Shown here piece by piece: positions 51,528 to 61,879 of a stretch of 64,000 bases of DNA. The DNA comes from Methanobacteriota archaeon (GTDB lineage: Archaea > Thermoplasmatota > Thermoplasmata > SG8-5 > JAGLSY01). The position numbers and the translations under genes are program-made. Location: the NCBI GenBank assembly GCA_020697715.1, contig JAEHCO010000001.1, positions 618,139-682,138 of the forward strand, in the 5' to 3' direction. The notes under the pieces are model-generated. The model had not been told where the DNA came from, searched no databases, and saw only the letters and a program-made list of their open reading frames with translations. Each line of letters begins with the position of its first letter. Within the stretch, counting starts at the first letter, position 1.

Positions 51528-54179
51528 ATGACGGAATATGATAGAAAGAAGATCGAGGAGAAATGGCAGGGCCTTTGGGATGAGTGGAAACTATATCATT
51601 TTGATAAGAACTCGGACATGCCAGTATACAGTATAGACAATCCCCCCCGATATGCGTCCGGCCCGCTTCATGTCGGCCACGCGATACATTACACGCATAT
51701 TGATTTCGCGGCCAGGTTCCGGAGACAGACTGGCCACAATGTCATGTTCCCGCTCTGTATCGACGTCAATGGAATGCCCATCGAAGTGAACGTGGAAAAG
51801 AAGCATGGCATCAAGATGCGTGACTATCCACGCCAGGATTTCATCAAGCTCTGCACGGAATTTGCAGATAATAATATCGATCTCATAACTGATCAATTCA
51901 AACTGCTGGGAGACTCCATGGACCCCTCCATCTTCTACAGGACGGATGCGGAGTATTATAGAAGGCTCACGCAGATATCTTTCATCAAGCTTTACAAACG
52001 CGGTCTGATATACAAGGGACTGGCTCCGGTCAATTGGTGTCCGAGATGTGGAACCGCTCTCGCAGACGCGGAAGTGGAGTACCAGGAAAAGAAGACCAAG
52101 CTGAATTACATTCATTTCGGTGTCAAGGACATGGACGAGGACGTTCTTATCGCGACCACCAGACCGGAGCTGATATGCGCGTGCCAGCTTATTGTCATCA
52201 GCCCGAAGGATGAGGAAAAACAGCATCTTATTGGAAAGAAGCTCATCACACCGATCTATGGAAAAGAGGTGGAGATCGTCGCCGATCCGAAGGTCGATCC
52301 CGAGTTCGGTACTGGCATCGTCATGGTCTGCTCCATCGGGGATAAGGAAGATCTGGAATGGATATACAAGTACGAGCTTCCTATCGAGAAGGGAATTGAT
52401 GAGAATGGAATGATGACCGAGCTTGCTGGTAAGTATCAGGGCATGGAGACCGAGAAGGCCAGGGAGGCTATGATCGAAGATCTGAAGAAAGATGGATTAC
52501 TGGTCAAGCAGGAGCCCATGGAGCACAATTCCGGCGGATGCTGGAGATGTCACGCGACCATCGAGTTCATACAAACACCTCAATGGTTCCTCAAGACACT
52601 GGATGCCAGAGAGGACATGGTGAAGATGGCCAATGAACTCAATTGGAATCCGGAGTTCATGAAAATACGACTTTTGGATTGGATCAATTCCATCAACAGG
52701 GACTGGGTGATATCCAGGCAGAGATATTTCGCCACTCCGATCCCACTTTGGGAATGCAATTCCTGCGGCGAAGTGGTTTTGCCAGCGGAAGGAGATTGCT
52801 ATGTCGATCCAACAGTGGACGCTCCTCCAGTTGACAAGTGCCCGGATTGCGATAGTGGACTTACTGGCTGTGAGGAGGTTTTCGACACCTGGATGGATTC
52901 ATCAATATCTCCATTGTATTGCTCCTTCTGGGAAAGGGACGAGGAATTGTTCAAGAAAATATTCCCCATGAGCTTGAGGACGCAAGCCCATGATATCATA
53001 CGAACATGGGCCTTTTACACCATGCTTAGAAGTAATTACTTGGCTGGCGGCAAGCCCTGGAAGAGCATGATGATCGATGGCTTCATACTAGGGCCGGATG
53101 GAAAGCCCATGCACGCTTCCGATGGCAATGTGATCGATCCACTGGACCTACTGGCGGAGTACGGCACAGATGCCTGGAGATACTACAGTTCCACTGTCCC
53201 GATAGGAGAGGACAGTGCGGTACGTGTGAAGGAGATCGTTCATGGAACCAGATTCAATGCAAAATTGTGGAACATTCACAAGTTCATAAGCAAGGCCGCC
53301 AGGCCAGGTATGTCCATCCAGCCCGATGAGCTCAAGACATCGGACAAGTGGATATTGACCAAATATTCCAGGCTGGTCCAGAATGTGACCAAGCACTATG
53401 AGCAATTCAGATTCGACAGAGCGATCAAGGAACTGGAGCAGTTCGTCTGGCATGAGTTGGCCGATCATTATCTCGAGATGGTCAAGCACAGGAACATGGA
53501 GGATGACGACGCGCTCGCGCTCACATTGTACGAGATCGGATTGGGAACCACGAAGATGCTGGCCCCCATCATCCCGCATATCGCGGATGAGATCTACGAG
53601 CTTTATTATCAAGAAATGGATGGCAAGAAGAGCATAACTATTTCAGAATGGCCAGGCACTTCGATCGATGATCAGGATGAGCTTGAGAGAGGCGAGATAT
53701 TGAAGGATATAATCGCGGCTGTCAGGAACTGGAAGTCCGAGAAGGGCATGGCCCTCAATGCGGAAATAGGTGTTCTGGAGATAATCGGCGAGAATGTGAA
53801 TAACATCCTCGGTTGCGAAGGTGACATCGCTGGCACCCTGAAAGCCAAGGACGTTCTGATGCTTGGCGAAAGAGAACTTATCGAGACACCGGTAGCCATC
53901 AAACCCAAGCACTCGGTCATGGGCCCGAAGTTCAAGCAGGATGCGAAGCACATTGTGGATATTCTCAGCAAGCTGGACCCGGTTGACGGCGCGAGAGCTT
54001 TGGAAACTGGAGAGCTGGACATCAAATTACTATCTGGCAATACAGTGAAGATAGAACCCGATATGGTGGACATCATCAAGGTCCCGACCATCGACGGCAA
54101 AGAAGTACAAACTGTTACAGTGGGCGATCTGCTCATCATCATCGGCCAGTACCAAGAGGCCACGATCACGACCGAGTGA
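51528..54179 (+). CDS. valS: Valyl-tRNA synthetase (archaeal type)
   Basis: HVGH (HIGH), DWVISRQR, DTWMDS, PMHAS (KMSKS-like). Confidence 0.93.
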   Translation: MTEYDRKKIEEKWQGLWDEWKLYHFDKNSDMPVYSIDNPPRYASGPLHVGHAIHYTHIDFAARFRRQTGHNVMFPLCIDVNGMPIEVNVEKKHGIKMRDYPRQDFIKLCTEFADNNIDLITDQFKLLGDSMDPSIFYRTDAEYYRRLTQISFIKLYKRGLIYKGLAPVNWCPRCGTALADAEVEYQEKKTKLNYIHFGVKDMDEDVLIATTRPELICACQLIVISPKDEEKQHLIGKKLITPIYGKEVEIVADPKVDPEFGTGIVMVCSIGDKEDLEWIYKYELPIEKGIDENGMMTELAGKYQGMETEKAREAMIEDLKKDGLLVKQEPMEHNSGGCWRCHATIEFIQTPQWFLKTLDAREDMVKMANELNWNPEFMKIRLLDWINSINRDWVISRQRYFATPIPLWECNSCGEVVLPAEGDCYVDPTVDAPPVDKCPDCDSGLTGCEEVFDTWMDSSISPLYCSFWERDEELFKKIFPMSLRTQAHDIIRTWAFYTMLRSNYLAGGKPWKSMMIDGFILGPDGKPMHASDGNVIDPLDLLAEYGTDAWRYYSSTVPIGEDSAVRVKEIVHGTRFNAKLWNIHKFISKAARPGMSIQPDELKTSDKWILTKYSRLVQNVTKHYEQFRFDRAIKELEQFVWHELADHYLEMVKHRNMEDDDALALTLYEIGLGTTKMLAPIIPHIADEIYELYYQEMDGKKSITISEWPGTSIDDQDELERGEILKDIIAAVRNWKSEKGMALNAEIGVLEIIGENVNNILGCEGDIAGTLKAKDVLMLGERELIETPVAIKPKHSVMGPKFKQDAKHIVDILSKLDPVDGARALETGELDIKLLSGNTVKIEPDMVDIIKVPTIDGKEVQTVTVGDLLIIIGQYQEATITTE

Positions 54180-54184
54180 TGTGA

Positions 54185-54487
54185 ATGGCCAGCATAACCA
54201 AGGAACAGGTCGTAGATGTCCTGAACACGATCATCGATAAGGAGCGTGGCAGGAGCATGTGGCAGATGGGACTTGTAACCCATCTGGCCATCGACCTTGA
54301 CAACAATATTTCTATAACTGTTGAACCGACCAATCCAGCATGTCCCATAGGCCTGAAGATGGCCTATGATGCGAAAGTGGCTTTGATAAGCATGGCGGAT
54401 GTGGGAAAGGTGGATGTGAAGATCATCGGGCACAAGCACGCGGATGAGATGAATAAAATGCTGGTAGACCTTGAAGACCAATCGTGA
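54185..54487 (+). CDS. DUF59/SufT/PaaD Fe-S assembly protein
   Basis: L..IID.E, MGLV, T.P.CP motif. Confidence 0.85.
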   Translation: MASITKEQVVDVLNTIIDKERGRSMWQMGLVTHLAIDLDNNISITVEPTNPACPIGLKMAYDAKVALISMADVGKVDVKIIGHKHADEMNKMLVDLEDQS

Positions 54488-54530
54488 TTATTTAATATTC
54501 CGAGACCTTTCACCTCCACAATGGGAGGCT

Positions 54531-54594
54531 GAGTCAAGCAAGCTTGACAAAAAAGATGCGTAGGATAAATGGATATAGTCGCATCTTAAAAAAA
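54531..54594. repeat. Solo copy of the two-hairpin module found inside element A
   Basis: GTCAAGC-AA-GCTTGAC, A-rich spacer, AAGATGCG-TAGG..AGT-CGCATCTT, A-run. Confidence 0.8.
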
Positions 54595-54640
54595 CCTAAT
54601 ACCATGAAGGTTTAATAATCCTTATTCATTCTCATCCTCA

Positions 54641-57331
54641 ATGGGAGATAAAAAGAACAACACTCCGAGTTCGCCCAAGGGCGACACTCCGAGTTCACCG
54701 AAAGGTGATACTCCGATGATGAAGCAGTATTTCTCTATCAAGAATGAGCATCCAGAGGCCATCCTCTTTTTCAGGATGGGAGATTTTTACGAAACATTCA
54801 GCGATGATGCTGTCATCACTGCCAGGGTGCTTGGAATAACACTTACTTCTCGTGGCCGTGAGAAGGGCGCGGACATCCCACTAGCTGGCATCCCGTATCA
54901 CGCGCTGGACACTTATCTTCATAAGATGGTCAAGGCCGGCTACACAGTGGCCATATGTGAACAGATGGAGGATCCGAAGAAGGCCAAGGGCATTGTCAAA
55001 CGCGGGGTTGTTCGTATAGTCTCCCCTGGTACGGTCGTCGAGGATTCCATGCTGTCTGGTAGTTCGAATAACTTTCTGGCCTCCGTGAGCATGGGGAAGG
55101 TGAAGGGCAAAGGCAAGGGAAAGGATAATGAAAGCTTCGGGCTGGCACTGGTGGACATATCCACGGGCGAGTTCCTGACCACCCAGATAGAGGATGAGGA
55201 TGTCCTGAGGAATGAATTGATAAGATTCCAGCCATCGGAGATAATATCCGATCCAGATACAGGCACACTTCTACAAAGACTGGTCGGGGATGATATAGCG
55301 ATCCCCCTGACAGGTGTGGATGCTTACTTTTACGACCTGGATAATGCCCAAGATAAATTATTGAAATTATTCAAGGTCAAGTCACTGGCTGGCTATGGAT
55401 GCGCCAGCCAATCACTCGCTATCTCCGCTGCTGGGGCTGTGATCGCCTATCTGGAAGGCATGCAGATGGCCGCCTTGGGGCAGATAGGTACTTTGAGAAC
55501 TTACAGCAATAAGGATTTCATGGTGCTGGATGCCACCACTCTCAGGAATTTGGAATTATTCAATAATATTCGAGACAGAAGCGAGAAATTTACACTTATA
55601 GAATTACTGGACAGGACGAAGACACCTATGGGGAGTCGGAAGATACGGCAATGGTTGGCGCAACCATTGCAGAACATCGGCCAGATAAATGAAAGACTGG
55701 ATTCTGTCGAATGGCTCACTGATAATCGACTCACCAGGATCGAATTGCGTGACTATTTTGACGAGATCCGGGACATGGAAAGACTAGTGGCCAGAGCCGT
55801 GCATGGAAGTGCGAATGCTCGGGACATGCACGCCCTCAAGAACTCGCTTCAGACCATTCCCCGTATACAGGCTCTTTTCAATGGCGTGATAGTTCCCAGC
55901 CAGATGCAGCATTCGATAGACACTATCAATCCACTGGATGATCTGACGGATATGCTGGAAAAGGCCATAGTGGACAAGCCCCCGCTCGGGCTCAAGGATG
56001 GCGGCATCATCAAGGACGGTTTCAATGCCGATCTGGATGAATTAAAGGAATTGGCATCCAGTGGCAAGAAATGGGTGGCCGATCTCGAAGCGAAGGAACG
56101 AGAGCGAACTGGTATAAAATCACTCAAGATCAAGTACAACAAGGTCTTCGGATATTTTCTGGAGGTCACGGTAAGGTACGCGGACAAGGTTCCTGAGAAC
56201 TATATCAGGAAGCAAACCCTGAGCAATGCAGAACGATTTATAACTCCCGAACTCAAGGAAAAAGAAGCTCAGATACTATCGGCCAACGATAGACTGGTCG
56301 CCCTAGAATATGATACATTTTGCGATGTGAGGAATTGGGTGGCGGAGAATTCGGCCAGCCTGCAGAGCACGGCCAGAGCCCTTGGAAAACTGGATGTCTT
56401 CTCATCACTGGCTGATATTTCCGAATTGTACAGATATTCGAGGCCGAAAATGGTCAAGGGCAATACACTGTCTATCATCGAAGGACGACATCCAGTTGTC
56501 GAGAGGATGTTACCCGAGAGATTCATTTCCAATGACACGAAGCTGGATGATAAGAAAAATCGACTTATGATACTAACTGGTCCCAATATGGCGGGTAAGT
56601 CCACTTATATGAGGCAAGTGGCACTCATCACTCTCATGGCGCACATAGGTAGCTTCGTTCCTGCCAGGAGCGCGAATATCGGCATCGTGGATCGGATATT
56701 CACCAGAGTGGGAGCTTATGACGATCTCACCCATGGCCAGAGTACCTTCATGGTGGAGATGACCGAGGTCGCCAACATTCTGAATTCAGCCACCAAGAAA
56801 AGCCTGATCATCCTCGATGAGATAGGCCGTGGAACGAGCACTTTCGACGGTCTGAGCATCGCGTGGGCGGTTGCGGAATATATCGAGAGCAAGCGCGTGG
56901 CGGCCAAAGCGATATTCGCCACGCATTATCATCATCTCACCGAGCTGGAAGAACTGCTGGGCGGTGTGGTGAACTACAATATCGCGGTGAAGGAAGATAA
57001 AGATGACATCATCTTCCTTCGAAAGGTCATACCAGGCAGCACCAATCGCAGTTACGGTATCCAGGTCGGTAAGCTGGCTGGACTTCCTATCGAGGTGGTC
57101 GAGCGCGCGAAGGAGATCCTGAAAAGGATCGAGGCTGAAGCCGTTATGGAACTGGAAGATGGTGGAGCCAAGAGAGGAAAGAGGCGGCAATACACCCAGC
57201 TGGTATTGTACGACCAGCCGGAGAATGATAACCCCGCAGTTAAGGAATTGAAGGAACTGGACCCCGACCACATGACCCCGATGGAAGCCCTGCACAAGCT
57301 CCAGGAGCTGAAAAAGAAAGTGGGAAAATAA
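54641..57331 (+). CDS. mutS: DNA mismatch repair protein MutS (MutS1)
   Basis: TPMMKQY, GDFYE, GPNMAGKST, STFMVEM, DEIGRGTST, ATHYH. Confidence 0.98.
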   Translation: MGDKKNNTPSSPKGDTPSSPKGDTPMMKQYFSIKNEHPEAILFFRMGDFYETFSDDAVITARVLGITLTSRGREKGADIPLAGIPYHALDTYLHKMVKAGYTVAICEQMEDPKKAKGIVKRGVVRIVSPGTVVEDSMLSGSSNNFLASVSMGKVKGKGKGKDNESFGLALVDISTGEFLTTQIEDEDVLRNELIRFQPSEIISDPDTGTLLQRLVGDDIAIPLTGVDAYFYDLDNAQDKLLKLFKVKSLAGYGCASQSLAISAAGAVIAYLEGMQMAALGQIGTLRTYSNKDFMVLDATTLRNLELFNNIRDRSEKFTLIELLDRTKTPMGSRKIRQWLAQPLQNIGQINERLDSVEWLTDNRLTRIELRDYFDEIRDMERLVARAVHGSANARDMHALKNSLQTIPRIQALFNGVIVPSQMQHSIDTINPLDDLTDMLEKAIVDKPPLGLKDGGIIKDGFNADLDELKELASSGKKWVADLEAKERERTGIKSLKIKYNKVFGYFLEVTVRYADKVPENYIRKQTLSNAERFITPELKEKEAQILSANDRLVALEYDTFCDVRNWVAENSASLQSTARALGKLDVFSSLADISELYRYSRPKMVKGNTLSIIEGRHPVVERMLPERFISNDTKLDDKKNRLMILTGPNMAGKSTYMRQVALITLMAHIGSFVPARSANIGIVDRIFTRVGAYDDLTHGQSTFMVEMTEVANILNSATKKSLIILDEIGRGTSTFDGLSIAWAVAEYIESKRVAAKAIFATHYHHLTELEELLGGVVNYNIAVKEDKDDIIFLRKVIPGSTNRSYGIQVGKLAGLPIEVVERAKEILKRIEAEAVMELEDGGAKRGKRRQYTQLVLYDQPENDNPAVKELKELDPDHMTPMEALHKLQELKKKVGK

Positions 57332-57341
57332 GGGGTCCATC

Positions 57342-57450
57342 TAACAAACATTATAATAAGTGACTGATTTTACAGGTGATATCTCATATTTTTACTGATA
57401 ATGTGAAATCCTTAACAAACATTATATTAGGGAACGGATTTCACAGGTTA
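57342..57450 (+). promoter_or_regulatory. Imperfect 2 x ~38 bp direct repeat (71 bp period) containing TATA-like boxes upstream of tRNA-Leu(TAA)
   Basis: TAACAAACATTATA..A.....GATTT.ACAGGT at 57342 and 57413. Confidence 0.55.
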
Positions 57451-57537
57451 CACCCACTGGGTTAGCTATCCTGTGGGTTAGTCTCAGAATGGGCTAACCC
57501 GCATCGGTCAATAGCTTTCCAATGGGAATAACCCGAT

Positions 57538-57663
57538 GCGGGGATAGCCAAGCCTGGCCAACGGCGCAGGACTTAAGATCTAAAGTCTACAAGAGTTCAT
57601 CGATAGGATAAGATAAGTTATCCTGTCCTTAGTGGTTCGAGGGTTCGAATCCCTTTCCCCGCA
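57538..57663 (+). tRNA. tRNA-Leu(TAA) with canonical 37/38 intron (57578-57619)
   Basis: Acceptor GCGGGGA/TCCCCGC, CAGGA-CT-TAA-G|intron|A-TCCTG; BHB helix CTTA/TAAG with bulges AG|A and TT|A. Confidence 0.94.
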
Positions 57664-57790
57664 CTTTTTTCTTTTAGACCTCGCTGTGCTGGCTTGGGCT
57701 CCAAAAGAAAAAAGACGCACAAATAAAGAAACTCGCCCAAGCCTGCTCGCTCGGCAAGTGTACGACCTGCCTTGAATACTAGGCAGGTCG
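57664..57790. repeat. tRNA-adjacent structured element, copy B
   Basis: Homologous to 19251-19435 but lacks the internal module. Confidence 0.85.
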
Positions 57791-57860
57791 GTTGAGGTAT
57801 AATATCAACAAAAGATTAACATATGGTAACATAATTTGCCTATTCGAATAGAGGAACAAT

Positions 57861-59234
57861 ATGAAACAAGCAGATGTCGCGATAATCGGAGCTGGCTCTG
57901 GCGGTTACACCTCCGCCCTCGAGCTTGCGAAGGCTGGTAAAAAGGTCATCCTTATCGAGAAAGGCAGGGTTGGAGGAGCCTGCCTAATTCGTGGCTGCAT
58001 ACCGTCAAAGGCATTTGTTCATGCTTCCAATATCGTTCACAAGGGCAAGAGGTCCAGTGAGATCGGCATTCAAATTGGCGAGCCAGTCATTGACATGGTT
58101 CGCATCCAGGAATGGAAAGAAAGCATTGTGGACAAGATGGTCAAAGGCATAGAGGGGCAATGTAAGAAAGCGGGAGTGGATGTCCTTCATGGAACTGCCA
58201 AGCTAGTTTCTGATAAGAGTCTGGTCGTGCAGTTCGATGATGAAAGACCAGATGAGGAGATCGTTACTGATAATATCATACTAGCCACAGGAGCCAGCCC
58301 GAGAGAGGTTCCTGGATTCATTATCGATGAGAAGATGATAATGAGCTCCACTGGCCTTCTTGATCTGAAGGAGATACCTTCCTCCATGGGAGTTATTGGC
58401 GGAGGGGTCATCGGTCTGGAGCTGGCCACTGTAATGGCCAAACTCGGCTGTGCTGTCACGATAATCGAGATACTGGATGATATCCTTCCCTTCTCGGATG
58501 ACGATGTCACCCGGACCATAAAGAAGGGCTTGAAAACACTGGGCATAATTTTGCTCACTGGAAGCCAGGCCAAATTAATTGGCACTGATGAAAATAGTGT
58601 CAAAATCGATATCCAGAGCTCATCAGGATCGGAGATCATGGAATTCGAGAAAATACTCATCGGCGTGGGCAGCCGGCCTAACATAGATGGGATCGGCCTC
58701 GAGGATGTTGACATTCTTCTTGATGAAGATGGTTTTGTCAAGACCGACAGTATGCTGAGGACAAGTATCCCTAATGTCTTCGCAATCGGAGACATTAGGG
58801 GCAATCCTATGCTGGCTCATAAAGCCTCCATGGATGGCATTCGGGTGGCGAACACCATTCTGGGAACTGGGATAGAAAATGAACCAGTCATCCCATACGT
58901 TCTCTTCACCGAACCAGAACTGGCGAGTGCGGGATTACATGAATGGGAGGCCAAGGAAAAGGGTATTGAATATCAGACAAAGCGCTATTATCTGGCAGCC
59001 CTAGGCAAAGCATTGGCCATGAACGAGAAGGATGGCTTTGTCAAGATCCTGATAGATCCTCAGGGAAAGATGATCGGGTGCACGATAATTGGCCCCGAAG
59101 CTTCCAACCTCATTTCCGAGGTCACACTAGCTATTGAAAAAGGTCTCACTGCCAAAGAGATATCAAATATCATCCATCCTCACCCCACACTATCAGAGGG
59201 AATATGGGAGAATGCCAGGCATCTATCTGAGTGA
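57861..59234 (+). CDS. lpdA: Dihydrolipoamide dehydrogenase
   Basis: GAGSGG, GGACLIRGCIPSK redox disulfide, GGGVIGLE, HPHPTLSE. Confidence 0.93.
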   Translation: MKQADVAIIGAGSGGYTSALELAKAGKKVILIEKGRVGGACLIRGCIPSKAFVHASNIVHKGKRSSEIGIQIGEPVIDMVRIQEWKESIVDKMVKGIEGQCKKAGVDVLHGTAKLVSDKSLVVQFDDERPDEEIVTDNIILATGASPREVPGFIIDEKMIMSSTGLLDLKEIPSSMGVIGGGVIGLELATVMAKLGCAVTIIEILDDILPFSDDDVTRTIKKGLKTLGIILLTGSQAKLIGTDENSVKIDIQSSSGSEIMEFEKILIGVGSRPNIDGIGLEDVDILLDEDGFVKTDSMLRTSIPNVFAIGDIRGNPMLAHKASMDGIRVANTILGTGIENEPVIPYVLFTEPELASAGLHEWEAKEKGIEYQTKRYYLAALGKALAMNEKDGFVKILIDPQGKMIGCTIIGPEASNLISEVTLAIEKGLTAKEISNIIHPHPTLSEGIWENARHLSE

Positions 59235-59239
59235 TCTTT

Positions 59240-60787
59240 CTATTGTGGTATCTGGCTTTTTAATTTCCTTCTTTGCCTTCTCTGCTTTTTTATCAACTTA
59301 TTAAGATAGCTCTTGGCCCATACATAAGATACGATCGAACCAATGACATTGGCCAGGACCAGACCCCACCATACACCTTCAATGCCCATGTCCAGTGTGA
59401 AAACAAATATCACTGCCAATAATGGGGTGAGTATCACCGTGCGAAGAAGTGTGAGTATGAGTGCTTTCGTGCCCTCGCCCACTCCCTGGAACATGGAGGA
59501 TGATAGCATACCCCATGCCACACCCGGGAAGAAGAGTGCGGATATCTGGAAGAACACGGTCAGACCGGGAGTCAGTCTTGCCGAGGCATCGGCCGTGGTG
59601 AAAACTCCAGCTATCTGGGCGGCAAATATCATAACAATAAGCATGACGATGAATTCGAAGATAAAACCTATCTTGATGGAATAGTCCAGTGCTGTGTTCA
59701 CGTTCTTATATGCCCTTCGACCGTACATGGCTCCGGATACGGATATGACCGCCGTCGCTATTCCTAACAATGGCAGTACTCCAAGCATGGATATCCTCCA
59801 GCCAGTGGTGAATATCGCCACCCCGTCATTTCCAGCCACCATGACGATGATCACATTGAGGAATATCATATTGATGGACATGGAAAGCTGCTGAACTGAA
59901 GCTGGTAAACCAACTTTGAATACGTCTTTGACGATGCCCTTATTGAACTTGAAGTTCTTGAACCTGATATCCAGATAGGTATCCCTTTTTATGAACAGCC
60001 AGTAGAAGAGCATGGCGGATGTCAAAGCCATTGAGATCAATGTAGCCCATGCAGCACCCGTGACCCCCAGCCCAAACCCGAATTCCCCGAAGACACCTGG
60101 AGTTCCAGGTCCGAAGATGAAGATCGGATCAAGAACGATATTCAATACACCGCCTAATATCATGGCCAGCATGGCCTTTTTCACATCTCCCTCTGACCTT
60201 AGAAGTGCATTGGAGATATTGGCAAAGAAGATGATAATGGCTCCTGCAAATAGGATCTGGGAATAATCCGTAGCCCAGTCGATCACAATTCCTTCGGCCC
60301 CCATGCCTACGTATATAGACCTGATGAAGAGCATGAAGGGTATCGTGACCACTAAGGCCAGGATCACCATGAAGACCATGGTGTGGCTCGCGACACTGTC
60401 AGCCCCCTTCTTATCATCCGCGCCTATCCTACGGGATACGGCGGCTCCTCCTCCAACACCCAGGCCAGTGGCCAGTGCTATGAGTAGGAAAAAGAAAGGG
60501 AAGAAGAAACCCACGGCGGACAATGCCTCGGGTCCGAGAAATGATACCCATATGGCATCCACGAGATTGTACACGGTCTGGATGGACATGGCGATTATCA
60601 TCGGGATCGCTAGTTTGATAATGGCCTTTTTTGGATCGCCAAGCAATGTCTTGACACCAGAAGTATGCCCTCCTTTTGGTTCCACATTCTCATTCTTCGA
60701 TATTGTGGATGTAATATCCCCTTCTGAACCTGCTTGAGGCTCAGCAATAAGATCATCACTGGATACTTCATTATCGTTACTTGACAC
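59240..60787 (-). CDS. MATE family efflux transporter
   Basis: KLAIP, YNLVDAIWV, NIVLDPIFIF, GVTGAAWAT; about 12 TMs. Confidence 0.93.
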   Translation of the reverse strand: MSSNDNEVSSDDLIAEPQAGSEGDITSTISKNENVEPKGGHTSGVKTLLGDPKKAIIKLAIPMIIAMSIQTVYNLVDAIWVSFLGPEALSAVGFFFPFFFLLIALATGLGVGGGAAVSRRIGADDKKGADSVASHTMVFMVILALVVTIPFMLFIRSIYVGMGAEGIVIDWATDYSQILFAGAIIIFFANISNALLRSEGDVKKAMLAMILGGVLNIVLDPIFIFGPGTPGVFGEFGFGLGVTGAAWATLISMALTSAMLFYWLFIKRDTYLDIRFKNFKFNKGIVKDVFKVGLPASVQQLSMSINMIFLNVIIVMVAGNDGVAIFTTGWRISMLGVLPLLGIATAVISVSGAMYGRRAYKNVNTALDYSIKIGFIFEFIVMLIVMIFAAQIAGVFTTADASARLTPGLTVFFQISALFFPGVAWGMLSSSMFQGVGEGTKALILTLLRTVILTPLLAVIFVFTLDMGIEGVWWGLVLANVIGSIVSYVWAKSYLNKLIKKQRRQRRKLKSQIPQ

Positions 60788-60892
60788 GCTTCAGGATAAT
60801 CCAGTGTCATATTTAATAGATAGCGCTAACGATATATATGATTCACATTCAGTATCCTTGCAAAAGCACTGCTCTCATCTATATTTCAAAGC

Positions 60893-61021
60893 TCAAAACA
60901 CATCTTCATCCTTTGGGTTGAAGAGTATGAGGAACCTTGGAATATCTTGACAGAGATCCATTCCCCCCTGAAGCTTACCTATCTGATATTCGAGATCATT
61001 AGACATCTTGATGGTCATCAT
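60893..61021 (-). CDS. Possible 42-aa hypothetical peptide
   Basis: Manual ORF MMTIKMSNDLEYQIGKLQGGMDLCQDIPRFLILFNPKDEDVF fills an intergenic gap; no motif. Confidence 0.3.
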   Translation of the reverse strand: MMTIKMSNDLEYQIGKLQGGMDLCQDIPRFLILFNPKDEDVF

Positions 61022-61225
61022 CACTTTTAATTTATTGTAATAAGGTACTTAAATATCTTTCTGTAGCCAGTTAACCAAATGTGATGTAAAAATCGAGGTG
61101 AAATAACATATTATTGACGCCATGTGGCATAAACGATCAATGGAAGATCATTATATGGGCCCGCTAAATTTGCCCAAGGCTTGCTTGGGGGATAATTCAT
61201 TAATCTAAAGCTATATCTCGCTCTG

Positions 61226-61879
61226 ATGTCAGATAGTGCCACACCCATGAAAAGAAAGGAGCTGGAGATCAAGCTCCAGTCACTCCGGAGCTTGGATGCT
61301 CCATCTGCAAGATTGGAACAATATCCCACACCTGCCAAGATCGTCTCGGACATACTTTTCATCGCCAAATCCCTCGGAGACATAGATGGGAGGAGCATAG
61401 CTGATCTGGGGTGTGGCAATGGTGTATTCGCTATAGGCGCTAGCCTGATGGGAGCTGAAAAGGCCATCGGTATAGATATTGATAAAGCGGCCGTGGAAGT
61501 GACTCGCAAGAATGCTCTTGACCTTGGATTGGACATCGATCTGATGGCTATGGACGTTGGGTCATTCGATAAGAAGGTGGATGTGATATTCCAGAATCCT
61601 CCATTTGGCTCCCAGAAAAAGCACGCGGACAGAGCTTTTATAGAGAAAGCTCTGGAGTTGGCAGATGTGGTGTACACCATACATATGGCCGAGACCGAGG
61701 AATTCATAGGCAAGATGTCGAAAAGCCTTGGTTTCAGTGTGGATGTGAAAACATATTTCAGATTCGAGCTAAGACATTCGCAGAAGTTCCACAAGAAGGA
61801 AAGGGCTTTTATCGATGTGGTCATGTTCAGGCTGGTGAGGGACGAAAGCTCGACCATAAGGAGAGATTCTGATGAGTGA
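61226..61879 (+). CDS. METTL5-like (COG2263) RNA N6-adenine methyltransferase
   Basis: LEQYPTP, DLGCGNG, NPPFG. Confidence 0.92.
   Translation: MSDSATPMKRKELEIKLQSLRSLDAPSARLEQYPTPAKIVSDILFIAKSLGDIDGRSIADLGCGNGVFAIGASLMGAEKAIGIDIDKAAVEVTRKNALDLGLDIDLMAMDVGSFDKKVDVIFQNPPFGSQKKHADRAFIEKALELADVVYTIHMAETEEFIGKMSKSLGFSVDVKTYFRFELRHSQKFHKKERAFIDVVMFRLVRDESSTIRRDSDE

Noticed and set aside
53672-54481. Long antisense ORFs (also 21662-22453, 30337-31170, 43869-44591, 61111-61857)
   Set aside because: Shadow frames opposite well-supported genes, with no recognisable motifs.
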